From an uncultured Gemmatimonadales bacterium (GTDB taxonomy: Bacteria > Gemmatimonadota > Gemmatimonadetes > Gemmatimonadales > GWC2-71-9): a stretch of DNA of 64,000 bases. A program made the position numbers and the translations under genes. Location: positions 608,001 through 672,000 of the forward strand of contig CAVSLV010000001.1 in assembly GCA_963728915.1 (NCBI GenBank), given 5' to 3'. This document shows positions 29,877-38,601 of this stretch, in pieces (the stretch's first letter is position 1; the number at the start of each line of letters is the position of its first letter). The notes beneath the pieces were generated by a model, which saw only the letters and a list, made by a program, of their open reading frames with translations, did no database searches and was not told the DNA's origin.

Positions 29877-32495
29877 ATGCCTCTGCACAACGCCCCACCC
29901 CTTCTCGTCGCCGCCCTCGCCGATCGCTACCGGATCGAACGGGAGCTGGGGCAGGGTGGGATGGCGACGGTGTACCTGGCCCGCGATCTCAAGCACGATC
30001 GGCTGGTTGCCATCAAGGTGTTCCGCCAGGAAATCGCGGCGGCCCTGGGCTCCGAGCGGTTTCTCCGGGAAATTTCCTTCGCGGCCCGGCTTCAGCATCC
30101 CCACATTCTCGGCTTGCACGACTCCGGGGAAGCCGGCGGGCTCCTCTACTACGTCATGCCCTACGTCGAGGGAGCCACCCTTCGTCAGCGGATGGACCGC
30201 GAGGGGGCGCTCAGCCTCGCCGAAACCGTCCGGATCGTCCGTGAAGTGGCCGAGGCGTTGAGTCATGCGCATGGGCAGGGCATCGTCCATCGGGACATCA
30301 AGCCCGAGAACATCCTGCTCCAGGGCGGCGCGGCGATCGTGGCGGATTTCGGGATCGCCCGGGCGGTGGAGGAGGCGGGCACTGAGCGTCTGACCGGAAC
30401 CGGGATCTCGATCGGGACCCCGACCTACATGAGTCCGGAGCAGGCCATGGGCGGCACCGTCGATGGCCGGAGCGACCTCTACAGTCTCGCCTGTGTGACC
30501 TACGAGATGCTCTCGGGCGAGCCACCCTTTTCCGGCAAGAGCTGGAAGGCTCTGCTGGCGCGGCACTCGGTGGAGCCGGTGCCCAGTCTGCGGATCCTCC
30601 GACCGACCGTGAGCGCCGGGCTCGAGAGTGCGATTGCACGGGCACTAGCCAAGACTCCTGCGGACCGGCAGAGCGGGGTTGCCGAGTTCGCCGCCGAGGT
30701 CGAGGCCGGGGTTTCGGGAGCGACGGGCCCGACCCCGGCTCCGCGGCCCGGGCGGCGGTGGATCACCTGGGCCTTCGCCGCGAGTGTGGTGCTGGTGTTG
30801 TTGCTGGCGGCGCTCGTGGTGTGGTCCCTCCGGCGGAGCTCCGGGGGAGCAGAGGGAGCGGATGCCCGGCCCCGGCTCGCGGTCCTGCCGTTCACCAGTA
30901 TCGGTCCTCCGGAGGAAGGGTACATCGCGGAGGGATTGACCGACGAAATCACCAGCCGGGTATCCGGGGTGAGCGGGATCGCGGTACTCTCGCGGAGCAG
31001 CACGTTTCCGCTGGCGCGGGAAGGCCGTCCCCCGATGGAGATCGGCAAGGCCCTCAATGCGGGTTATGTGCTCACCGGGACGGTCCAGATCGAGCGAAGC
31101 GCCGGACGAATCCGGGTCCGCCCCAGCCTGGTCAAGGTGGATGACGGAACCGAAATGCTCACCGGCAGCTCCTATGATCTTGCGCTCGCGCCGGGAAAGC
31201 TGCTGGAGATGCAGTCCCAGATCGCCGAGAAAGTCGCGCAGACCCTCAACGTGTCGCTTCTCGCGTCGGATCGCCGGGCTCTGGCGGTGCCCCCGACCCG
31301 AAGCCTCGAAGCCTACCAGGCGTTCCTCCGCGGAAACGTCCTCGCGCTCCAGAAATACTCGGAGGAACCCTCGCGCCAGGCGGTTCAGGCCTACCAGGAG
31401 GCCGTCGCGGCCGACTCCGGGTTTGCGCCGGCCTGGGCCAAGCTCGCCCAGGCCCAGATCGGATATTGGTATCAGTTCGGCCGTGCACCCGCCCGCCTGG
31501 CCGATGCCCGGGCCAGTCTCGCGAAAGCGATGACGCTGGATTCCACCCTGGCCGAAACCCGTCTGGCCCAGGCCCAGATGTACTACTTCGGAGACCTCGA
31601 CTACGATCGCGCCGAGCGGGAGTTCAAGGCGGTCCAGGCGATCCGGCCCAACGATAGCGACGTGCTGGCCTGGCTCGGGACGATCCAGAGACGTCGCGGC
31701 CGCTTCGAGGACGCGCTGGCGATGTTTCACCGCGCCGGCGAGCTGGACCCGCGCTCCCAGCAGGATGCCCTCGAGCTCGGCGTGACCTATCTCATGCTGC
31801 GACGTTTTCCCGAAGCCGAGGGTGAATTGCAGCGGGCCAGCGACCTGGCGCCGGAGTGGATCGCCCCGATCGTCACCCGTTCCTTCCTGTACTGGGGCTG
31901 GAAGGGCGACAAGGCGGCCGCGACGGAGACCCTTCGGAGCGCGCTGCGCGGCCACACCTTGCGCGAGCTGCTCGGATACCTGGTGCCGCTCAACCCGCAT
32001 TTCGTTCTGACCATCGGCGGGGAATTCCGGGATTCCCTCCTCGCGCTGGGGCCGGCCGATCTGCACGTGGACCCGGGATTCCTCTATGTGGCCAAGGCCC
32101 TTGCCTACCGACGCACCGGGGATCCGAAAGCCCGGGCCTACTTCGATTCGGCGCGGGTGATCTGGGAGCCGCGCGTCAACGCCCGCCCTCAAGAGTGGAT
32201 CTTCCGCAGCGAGCTCGGCCTGTCCCTCGCCGGGCTGGGCCGTGGCGAGGAGGCGCTGAACCAGGGACGCGTCGCCGTCAGCCTCCTGCCGGTTTCCCGA
32301 GATGCGCAGGGCGGCACCTATCCGGTCACCGCGATGGTGTCCATTGCGCTGCTGGCGGGTCAACCCGACACCGCACTCGCCTATTTGCGTCCCCTTCTCG
32401 AGCGGCCATCCCAATTCTCGAAGAAGCTGCTCGCAGTGGATCCGTTGTTCGACCCGCTCCGGAGCCTCCCGGGATTCCAGCAGCTCGCGCGGTGA
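29877..32495 (+). CDS. Hanks-type Ser/Thr protein kinase with TM, TolB-N-like and TPR domains
   Basis: LGQGGMATVY, VAIK, HRDIKPEN, DFGIA, GTPTYMSPE; TM; LAVLPF; TPR helices. Confidence 0.95.
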   Translation: MPLHNAPPLLVAALADRYRIERELGQGGMATVYLARDLKHDRLVAIKVFRQEIAAALGSERFLREISFAARLQHPHILGLHDSGEAGGLLYYVMPYVEGATLRQRMDREGALSLAETVRIVREVAEALSHAHGQGIVHRDIKPENILLQGGAAIVADFGIARAVEEAGTERLTGTGISIGTPTYMSPEQAMGGTVDGRSDLYSLACVTYEMLSGEPPFSGKSWKALLARHSVEPVPSLRILRPTVSAGLESAIARALAKTPADRQSGVAEFAAEVEAGVSGATGPTPAPRPGRRWITWAFAASVVLVLLLAALVVWSLRRSSGGAEGADARPRLAVLPFTSIGPPEEGYIAEGLTDEITSRVSGVSGIAVLSRSSTFPLAREGRPPMEIGKALNAGYVLTGTVQIERSAGRIRVRPSLVKVDDGTEMLTGSSYDLALAPGKLLEMQSQIAEKVAQTLNVSLLASDRRALAVPPTRSLEAYQAFLRGNVLALQKYSEEPSRQAVQAYQEAVAADSGFAPAWAKLAQAQIGYWYQFGRAPARLADARASLAKAMTLDSTLAETRLAQAQMYYFGDLDYDRAEREFKAVQAIRPNDSDVLAWLGTIQRRRGRFEDALAMFHRAGELDPRSQQDALELGVTYLMLRRFPEAEGELQRASDLAPEWIAPIVTRSFLYWGWKGDKAAATETLRSALRGHTLRELLGYLVPLNPHFVLTIGGEFRDSLLALGPADLHVDPGFLYVAKALAYRRTGDPKARAYFDSARVIWEPRVNARPQEWIFRSELGLSLAGLGRGEEALNQGRVAVSLLPVSRDAQGGTYPVTAMVSIALLAGQPDTALAYLRPLLERPSQFSKKLLAVDPLFDPLRSLPGFQQLAR

Positions 32496-33712
32496 GGCGC
32501 GCGTCTGGGGACGGTGCGTTGCGTCCGCGCGCCGTTCACCAGCTTCCTCTCGGCGGCGCCGCTCCGCCGTTCGTCTGCTTTGCGCTCCCCCCGCGGCGGG
32601 TCGGAAACGTGGTGCTGGCCGACTGGTGGTGCGGATTCGGTTCCGGAATCACCCTGGGGGAGGCCCGGCGGAGGGCCATCTCCGAGATCGTGGAACGCGC
32701 CAGTGCGGTGTTTCAGGGACATGAACCCCACCGCCGCGCGACGTTGCAGGACCTGGGCGATGATGCGGTCGCGCCGGAGTCGTTCCTGTTGTTCAGCCCG
32801 CGGCAACGCCAGCGGCCGATCCGGAGCCGGTCGCCGATGCTGCGGGTGCCTCCGGTCCTTCCGCCTGACGAGCCGGTCGACTGGAGCCCGGTCCGCTCGC
32901 TCACGGAGGGACGGTGGAAGCGGGCGCCGACCGCGGCCCTCTACTTCAAGGCGCCGGTGGCCGGACGGGGCTATTGCCGGGCTGATTCGAACGGACTGGC
33001 CGCCGGGCGAACCAGAACGGAGGCCATCCTGCGGGGACTGCTCGAGCTGATCGAGCGGGACAGTGTCTCGCTCTGGTGGTACCAGCGGATTGCCCGACCG
33101 GCCCTTCCGCGACTCACCGACCCGGTGGTGCAGGATCTGCTCGAGCGCTTCCGGCGCCTGGGGCGGACCACCGCGTTGCTCGACCTGACCAGCGACCTGC
33201 GGATTCCGGTCTGCGCGGCGCTGTCGCGCCGGGCCGCCCGGGGCGATGACCTGGCGCTCGGCTTTGGCGCCGCCCTAACCCGGGCGGGCGCGGCGCGCCG
33301 GGCCCTGCTGGAGCTGGCCCAGCCCCTCGCGGTGCGCCGCGCCGGCTGGCCGGGCGGAGAGGGAACCGGAGCGTTCGAGCGGTGGAGGCGGGAGCAGCGC
33401 GATCCGGCGCCTCGCTGGCTGCGTCCGGCAGCCGGACGGCTCCCTCGAATCGCGTCGGGGCCCACCCCTTCCACCGCCGCGGCCCTTGCCCGTTGTCGTC
33501 GCGCGGTGGAAGCCGCCGGGCTCGAAGTCCTGGTGGCGGACCTAACCCGGCCTGGCGCCGGCAGGGCGGTGGTGCGGGTTCTGGTCCCCGGGCTCCGGCA
33601 TTTCTGGCCCCGCCTGGCCCCGGGCCGCCTCTATCACGCGCCGGTGCGCGCCGGCTGGGTGCGCCGCACGCAGCCCGAGTCGCGTCTCAATCCGGTTCCG
33701 CTGCTGGTCTAG
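32492..33712 (+). CDS. YcaO-family ATP-dependent cyclodehydratase (stand-alone D protein)
   Basis: SEIVERAS, DSNGLAAG, GLLELIERD, LLDLTSDL, GFGA, RALLELAQ, VRVLVPGL; C-terminal LNPVPLLV; GTGA overlap with the kinase stop. Confidence 0.92.
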   Translation: MRRASGDGALRPRAVHQLPLGGAAPPFVCFALPPRRVGNVVLADWWCGFGSGITLGEARRRAISEIVERASAVFQGHEPHRRATLQDLGDDAVAPESFLLFSPRQRQRPIRSRSPMLRVPPVLPPDEPVDWSPVRSLTEGRWKRAPTAALYFKAPVAGRGYCRADSNGLAAGRTRTEAILRGLLELIERDSVSLWWYQRIARPALPRLTDPVVQDLLERFRRLGRTTALLDLTSDLRIPVCAALSRRAARGDDLALGFGAALTRAGAARRALLELAQPLAVRRAGWPGGEGTGAFERWRREQRDPAPRWLRPAAGRLPRIASGPTPSTAAALARCRRAVEAAGLEVLVADLTRPGAGRAVVRVLVPGLRHFWPRLAPGRLYHAPVRAGWVRRTQPESRLNPVPLLV

Positions 33713-33713
33713 C

Positions 33714-33742
33714 TTGCGAAAGACTCTCAACGGCGATATAAC
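33714..33742 (+). promoter_or_regulatory. Sigma70-like promoter upstream of the NHLP precursor
   Basis: TTGCGA (33714-19), 17-nt spacer, TATAAC (33737-42); GAGG 5 nt before GTG 33772. Confidence 0.55.
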
Positions 33743-33771
33743 TCCGTCCTCCCTTCACAGTCGAGGCCGCT

Positions 33772-34041
33772 GTGGCAACTTCTTCGTTCGGCAGGATGGG
33801 TCGGGTTCACGCCAAAGCGATGAAGGACGCTGGGTTTCGCCGGAGCCTGAAACGGAATCCGCGCAAGGCGCTCACCGAAGCCGGGTTCAAGATTCCGTCC
33901 GGCGTCAAGGTGAAAGTGCACGAGAACAGTGCCAGCACGGTTCACCTGGTATTGCCCCGGAAAAAAGCAGCGCCTCGACGGGGAGCCAGGCGGCCGGCGC
34001 GTCCGGCCCGGATGGGACCGCAATTCACCATCCCGCTCTAG
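33772..34041 (+). CDS. NHLP (nitrile hydratase leader peptide)-family RiPP precursor, 89 aa
   Basis: AKAMKDAGFRRSLKRNPRKAL...IPSGVKVKVHENSASTVHLVLP matches the NHLP leader pattern; lies between YcaO and SagB. Confidence 0.88.
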   Translation: MATSSFGRMGRVHAKAMKDAGFRRSLKRNPRKALTEAGFKIPSGVKVKVHENSASTVHLVLPRKKAAPRRGARRPARPARMGPQFTIPL

Positions 34042-34102
34042 TCCGCTGGAGAAGCAGAGAGAGCTGAGGGCGGGCGGGAAACTTCTCGCCCGCCTTGTGC
34101 CG

Positions 34103-35170
34103 ATGGGCGCCTTCACGCCCCCCGTTTCCGGTCCGGGCCCGGGGAGACAAGTCCTTTCCCGTTTCACGCTGCTGCATCGGGTTGGCCGACGGATCGTTCT
34201 CGAGTCTCCTCGATCCCTTGCCCGGGTCGAGCTCGCCGCTGCCGCCGTTCCCCTGCTCGCTCCGTTTGCGACCCTTCCAGGCGCCGTCGTCCGGGGGCCG
34301 TTCCCGCGTCTGCTTCATGCGGCCGGTCTTCTGACCCCGGTCAGCCGATCGCGGCCACCCCTCGAAGACCGGGAGACGGCGACCCGGCTCTGGGAGGTCC
34401 CCGATCTTTTTTTCCACGCCCGCAGCCGGCTGGGCCGCCATGACCATCCCGCCGGCGCCACCTGGGAGTTCCTCGGGCGGATTCCGCCCGCGCCCGCGAT
34501 CACCCGCCGCGCCGGGCGCGGGATACCGCTGGCGCGCCGGATCGGGGGCGCCCGCGCCAGTGAGCCCCTAACCCGGGTTCTCGCCCAGCGGCGGTCCCTT
34601 CGGACCGCCCGCCGGGTGCTGACCCTCGAAGAGCTCGGTCCCTTCCTGGCCCGCTCCGCCAGCGCCTCGGCGGTCCGACCCGCCGGCCGGCGATTGCCCT
34701 ACGCCATCACTCGCCGGCCCTATCCCAGTGGAGGTGCGTGTTACCCGCTCGAGGTGTACCTCGCGGTGAAGGCTTGCCGCGGCCTCGCGCCCGGCGTCTA
34801 CCACTACGACCCGGCGGCTCATCGGCTCGAGCCCCTTCCCGACGGCGCCGGGGAAGTCGACGGCTTCTTCGCCGACCTGCGCCAGCCCCTCGGCCCCTTC
34901 CCGCCGGTGCTGCTGATCATCACGGCTCGCTTCGCCCGGGTCAGCTGGAAGTATCGATCCATGGCCTACAGCACGATCCTGAAAGACGTCGGCGCCCTGT
35001 TGCAGACCATGTATCTGGTGGCCACCGACATGGGGCTTTCCCCCTGCGCCATCGGATGTGGCGATGCCGAACGCAGTGCGCGTGCCCTGGGGACGCGGTT
35101 CGAGGAGGAATCGTCGGTGGGGGAGTTTCTGCTGGGCGGCCCGCCACCCGGTGGACGGCGTGGTCGCTAA
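34103..35170 (+). CDS. SagB/ThcOx-family FMN-dependent azoline dehydrogenase
   Basis: WEVPDLFFHARSRLGRH, RRSLR, RPYPSGGACYPLE, YHYDP, WKYRSMAY (Lys-Tyr catalytic pair), KDVG, PCAIG. Confidence 0.92.
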   Translation: MGAFTPPVSGPGPGRQVLSRFTLLHRVGRRIVLESPRSLARVELAAAAVPLLAPFATLPGAVVRGPFPRLLHAAGLLTPVSRSRPPLEDRETATRLWEVPDLFFHARSRLGRHDHPAGATWEFLGRIPPAPAITRRAGRGIPLARRIGGARASEPLTRVLAQRRSLRTARRVLTLEELGPFLARSASASAVRPAGRRLPYAITRRPYPSGGACYPLEVYLAVKACRGLAPGVYHYDPAAHRLEPLPDGAGEVDGFFADLRQPLGPFPPVLLIITARFARVSWKYRSMAYSTILKDVGALLQTMYLVATDMGLSPCAIGCGDAERSARALGTRFEEESSVGEFLLGGPPPGGRRGR

Positions 35171-37076
35171 GCCCCGGGTCGTTCTCGCCTGCCTGCCCTG
35201 GGCGGCGTCCACCCGGCCGAGCCTGGGCCTCGGCCTGCTGGTCGCCACGGCGCGCCGGAGCGGCTTCCCCTGCCATGCCGAGTATCTGAACCTCGATTTC
35301 GCGGCGACCTTCGGACCGGAAGCCTACGAGCTGATCGCTTCGCACGACGAGCTCTTTGCCCTGGGCGAGCACGTCTTCGCGGTGGACCTGTTCGGCCGGA
35401 CCGCGCTTCGCTCCGATGCCTTCCTCGATCGCTTCTACGCGAGCGAGTCCGGCGAGGACGCGGCGGACCTGGTGTCCCCCGACGACATTCTGGCGGCGCG
35501 TGACGTGCTGGTGCCCGACGCGCTCGATCGTTACGTGACCCGGATCCTGGACCGCGCCCCCGACGTCGTCGGGATGACCTGCGTGTTCAACCAGGTCTTG
35601 CCGAGCCTCGCGCTGGCGCGACGGCTCAAGCTCGCCAACCCGAGGCTCATCGTATTGCTCGGGGGATCGTGCGTGCACGGCAAGATGGGGGAGACCTACG
35701 CGAAGGCCTTTCCGGATCTGGTCGATCACGTCTTTACCGGCGAAGCCGATCAATCGTTTCCGACCCTGCTCGAAGCCGTTGCCCGAGGCGAGCCCCCGAG
35801 CGGCATCGCCGGAGTGACCTCGAACGGCGCGCTCCCCGCCCCGGCCCCGCTGATCCAGGAGCTGGACGCGCTCCCGATTCCGTGTTATGACGATTTCTTC
35901 GGCGCCCGGGCGGGGCTGGGGAACCGGCTGCCCGAGCGGTTCGATCTGGTGTTCGAGTCTTCGCGGGGCTGCTGGTGGGGGCAACGGAGCCACTGCACCT
36001 TCTGCGGCTTGAATAACGAGGGCATGGCCTACCGGATGAAGTCGCCGGATCGGGTCATCCAGGAGCTGGTGAGCCTGTCCGAGGCGCACCACTGCCTCGA
36101 CTTCGAAGCCGCCGACAACATTCTCCCCCAGGCCGCCTATCGCACCATGCTGCCCCGCCTCGCGGAATCCGGAACGGATTTCCGATTCCTCTACGAGATC
36201 AAGGCGAACATCACCCGGGACGATGCGGGGATGCTGGCGCGTGCGGGGGTACGCTGGGTCCAGCCCGGGGTGGAGAGCTTCTCCGATCACGTGCTCCGGC
36301 TGATGCGAAAGGGATCGACCGGGGCGCAGAACATTCAGCTCCTCAAATGGCTTCAGGAGGCGGGCGTCACTCCCTATTTCAATCTCCTGGTCGGATTCCC
36401 GGGGGAGAGCGACGCGGACTACGAGGAAGTCATCGAGCTCCTGCCGGCCCTGTTCCATTTGACGCCGCCGGTGCGCAATCGGAGCTGCATGGTCTCGGTG
36501 CATCGCTTCGCCCCGTTCTTCAATGAGCCGGAGCGCTGGGGAATCGAAGGGGTCCGCCCCGCCTGGTATTACCGGCACCTGATTCCGTCCCGCCGGGCGC
36601 CGGCCGCCGACTTTGCGTTCTTTTTCGATCGGACGATTCCCCGGGACGCGCCGGTCCACCGGCACAAGGAAAACCTGGACCGGGTCCTGGCCCGGTGGAC
36701 GACGTCGAAGTCCCAGGTCAAGGCCAGCCTCGGCCCCGGCTTCATCTCGATCCTGCGAACCCGGGGAAGTCGTTCGGTGTCGGCGACCACCCTTTCCGGG
36801 CTCGAGGCTCAGGTCTTTCTGCTGTGTGATCGGCAGACCAGCGTGGCCAGCATCGCCCGCGAGCTCCAGGGCGCCGGGATCGATACGACCGAGGAGGAAA
36901 TCACGGGGATCCTGGAAGCCCTGCGATCGAAACGGCTGGTGGTCCACTGCGGCGACCGCTGGGTCGGCGTCGTGCCGTTCGATCGCTTCCACACTATCGC
37001 CGAGCTCGAGGCGTGGCGGGAACGGTGGGCGGAGCTACCCGGCCTGGTGCACCTCGGCGGCGGCCCGGTGTCCTGA
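35160..37076 (+). CDS. RiPP-maturation B12-dependent radical SAM C-methyltransferase
   Basis: LPWA..TRPSLGLGLL; B12-binding-like VVGMTCVFNQ...LLGG...GEAD; ESSRGCWWGQRSHCTFCGLN (CX7CX2C, 35970-36005); QPGVES; NLLVGFPGE. Confidence 0.9.
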   Translation: MVAKPRVVLACLPWAASTRPSLGLGLLVATARRSGFPCHAEYLNLDFAATFGPEAYELIASHDELFALGEHVFAVDLFGRTALRSDAFLDRFYASESGEDAADLVSPDDILAARDVLVPDALDRYVTRILDRAPDVVGMTCVFNQVLPSLALARRLKLANPRLIVLLGGSCVHGKMGETYAKAFPDLVDHVFTGEADQSFPTLLEAVARGEPPSGIAGVTSNGALPAPAPLIQELDALPIPCYDDFFGARAGLGNRLPERFDLVFESSRGCWWGQRSHCTFCGLNNEGMAYRMKSPDRVIQELVSLSEAHHCLDFEAADNILPQAAYRTMLPRLAESGTDFRFLYEIKANITRDDAGMLARAGVRWVQPGVESFSDHVLRLMRKGSTGAQNIQLLKWLQEAGVTPYFNLLVGFPGESDADYEEVIELLPALFHLTPPVRNRSCMVSVHRFAPFFNEPERWGIEGVRPAWYYRHLIPSRRAPAADFAFFFDRTIPRDAPVHRHKENLDRVLARWTTSKSQVKASLGPGFISILRTRGSRSVSATTLSGLEAQVFLLCDRQTSVASIARELQGAGIDTTEEEITGILEALRSKRLVVHCGDRWVGVVPFDRFHTIAELEAWRERWAELPGLVHLGGGPVS

Positions 37077-38600
37077 CTCGAACGCTCCCTGCATCCATCC
37101 CGGGAGCGCGGAGGTGTGCTCGCCCGAGAAGTGCAGCCGCCCTTCCGGCGCGCCGAGGACCGGCAGGAGCCGCCTCATTTCTCCCGGCTCGAAATAGCAG
37201 TAGTCCCCCCGGGCATAGGGATCCTGATCCCAGCTCCTGGAAGCGGTCCCGATCACCGCGGCCGCCACGCCCGGATACACCCGGTCGAGCTGGGTGATGA
37301 CCTCGCGGTGCCGTTCGGTCTCCGGCACCGCTGCCCATGCCCGCGCCCGTGGACCGGCGCTGTAGGATTCCAGGATTCCCGCGGGCCCGGGCTGCGAATT
37401 GGTCTGGTCGTTCAGGTACATCACCGGGAGATCGGTCGCGGCGCACCCCGGGAGTCCTGCGCTCTGCCAGGGACGGGAGCTGGTCTGCACGAACACCCGG
37501 GTTACCGAGGTGGCGCGAAGCTCCCCGATGGCCTTCCGTTTCTCGGGGGTGAGCGGGGCGCGAACCTCGATGGTGCGGAGCACGGGAAACGGAATGGTGA
37601 TGACGGCGCGATCGCCCTCCCAGACCTTGCCGGATGACGCGGTCACCCGGACTCCGCTGCCCGGGTCCTCGATGCGGGTTATGACCTGACCATAGCTGAT
37701 CCGATGCTGGAGCTCGGGAGTCTCGGCCAGCGCCCTGGGTAACCCGTCATTGCCGCCCTGGATCGTGTAGGTCTTGGTCTCGGCCTGGCCCGGATCCACC
37801 AGAGTGCCGTTCCCCATCCGGAACTCGCTCACGACGGGCGGGGGAAAATCCCTGGCAATGGAGCCGCCCGGCTTGAGCTGCGGGGGTATGCCCTCCAGCT
37901 GAAGGCAGATATCGCGCAGGACGTCGAGGGAAGAGACTGCCGCGATCCCGTCTCCAAAGAGACCGAAGTAGCCGAGGGAGAGCACTTCGATCGCCCCCGC
38001 CGACGCGCCCTCGCTCCGCAGGAACTCGGCGAAAGTCTGGTCGTCGTATTGCGCGAGGGCGGGGCCGGGCCAGCCGGCAGAGCGGGGATCCCCAAGCGCC
38101 TTCTGCGCCGCGGGGAGCACGTAGCTCGCCCAGAGCCCGAAATAGCCACCCTGCTGCTCGGGACCGGAGAGGCCCAGCTGGCTCGGCCAGGTGGCGTTCG
38201 CCGTGCCGGCCTGCGGCACCCGGCCTCCGCGTAAATAGACGACGAGGTCGGTCGGCTGCTCGGTGATCTGGAGCAGGGGCAAACCCAGCATGCCGATGTA
38301 CCCCATCGTCAGGGTGTGATGCCCCGGAACGAACATGGCGCCGGCTTCCGCCGTCTGATTCTGTTGGAAGGGCGAGCGCAGTGTCTCGACCCGGCCACCG
38401 GGCCGGTCCCTCGCTTCGATCACCTCGACGTGGTGCCCCGCCTTCACCAGCTGATAGGCCGCGCTCAGGCCGGCCAGCCCCGCCCCCAGGACCAGGACCC
38501 GTTTCGGCTTCTGGTGCGTCGGAAGAAGCTGGGCCTGGAAGCGTGGGAAGGGAGATCGTGGATGGACGAAAGGAGCAGGGGCGGGAGTCGGCGTGGTCAT
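37035..38600 (-). CDS. Flavin-dependent amine/L-amino-acid oxidase family protein (no signal peptide)
   Basis: VLVLGAGLAGL, EARDRPGGRV, EAGAM, FSGEHTS..GWMQGAFESG. Confidence 0.92.
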   Translation of the reverse strand: MTTPTPAPAPFVHPRSPFPRFQAQLLPTHQKPKRVLVLGAGLAGLSAAYQLVKAGHHVEVIEARDRPGGRVETLRSPFQQNQTAEAGAMFVPGHHTLTMGYIGMLGLPLLQITEQPTDLVVYLRGGRVPQAGTANATWPSQLGLSGPEQQGGYFGLWASYVLPAAQKALGDPRSAGWPGPALAQYDDQTFAEFLRSEGASAGAIEVLSLGYFGLFGDGIAAVSSLDVLRDICLQLEGIPPQLKPGGSIARDFPPPVVSEFRMGNGTLVDPGQAETKTYTIQGGNDGLPRALAETPELQHRISYGQVITRIEDPGSGVRVTASSGKVWEGDRAVITIPFPVLRTIEVRAPLTPEKRKAIGELRATSVTRVFVQTSSRPWQSAGLPGCAATDLPVMYLNDQTNSQPGPAGILESYSAGPRARAWAAVPETERHREVITQLDRVYPGVAAAVIGTASRSWDQDPYARGDYCYFEPGEMRRLLPVLGAPEGRLHFSGEHTSALPGWMQGAFESGHRAAAEVHQAG

Positions 38601-38601
38601 G

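Noticed and set aside
31856..32491. N-terminal 212-codon extension of the YcaO ORF in the track
   Set aside because: It overlaps the kinase in another frame and reads as low-complexity shadow sequence; it does not look like a fused C/RRE domain.
33772..34041. Reading the NHLP ORF as a nitrile hydratase alpha subunit or a histone-like protein
   Set aside because: There is no CxxCSC metal motif or beta subunit, and the YcaO/SagB/radical SAM context favours a precursor.
33929..34102. Upstream extension of the SagB ORF overlapping the precursor
   Set aside because: It overlaps the NHLP gene out of frame; ATG 34103 gives a plausible SagB, though the exact start is uncertain.
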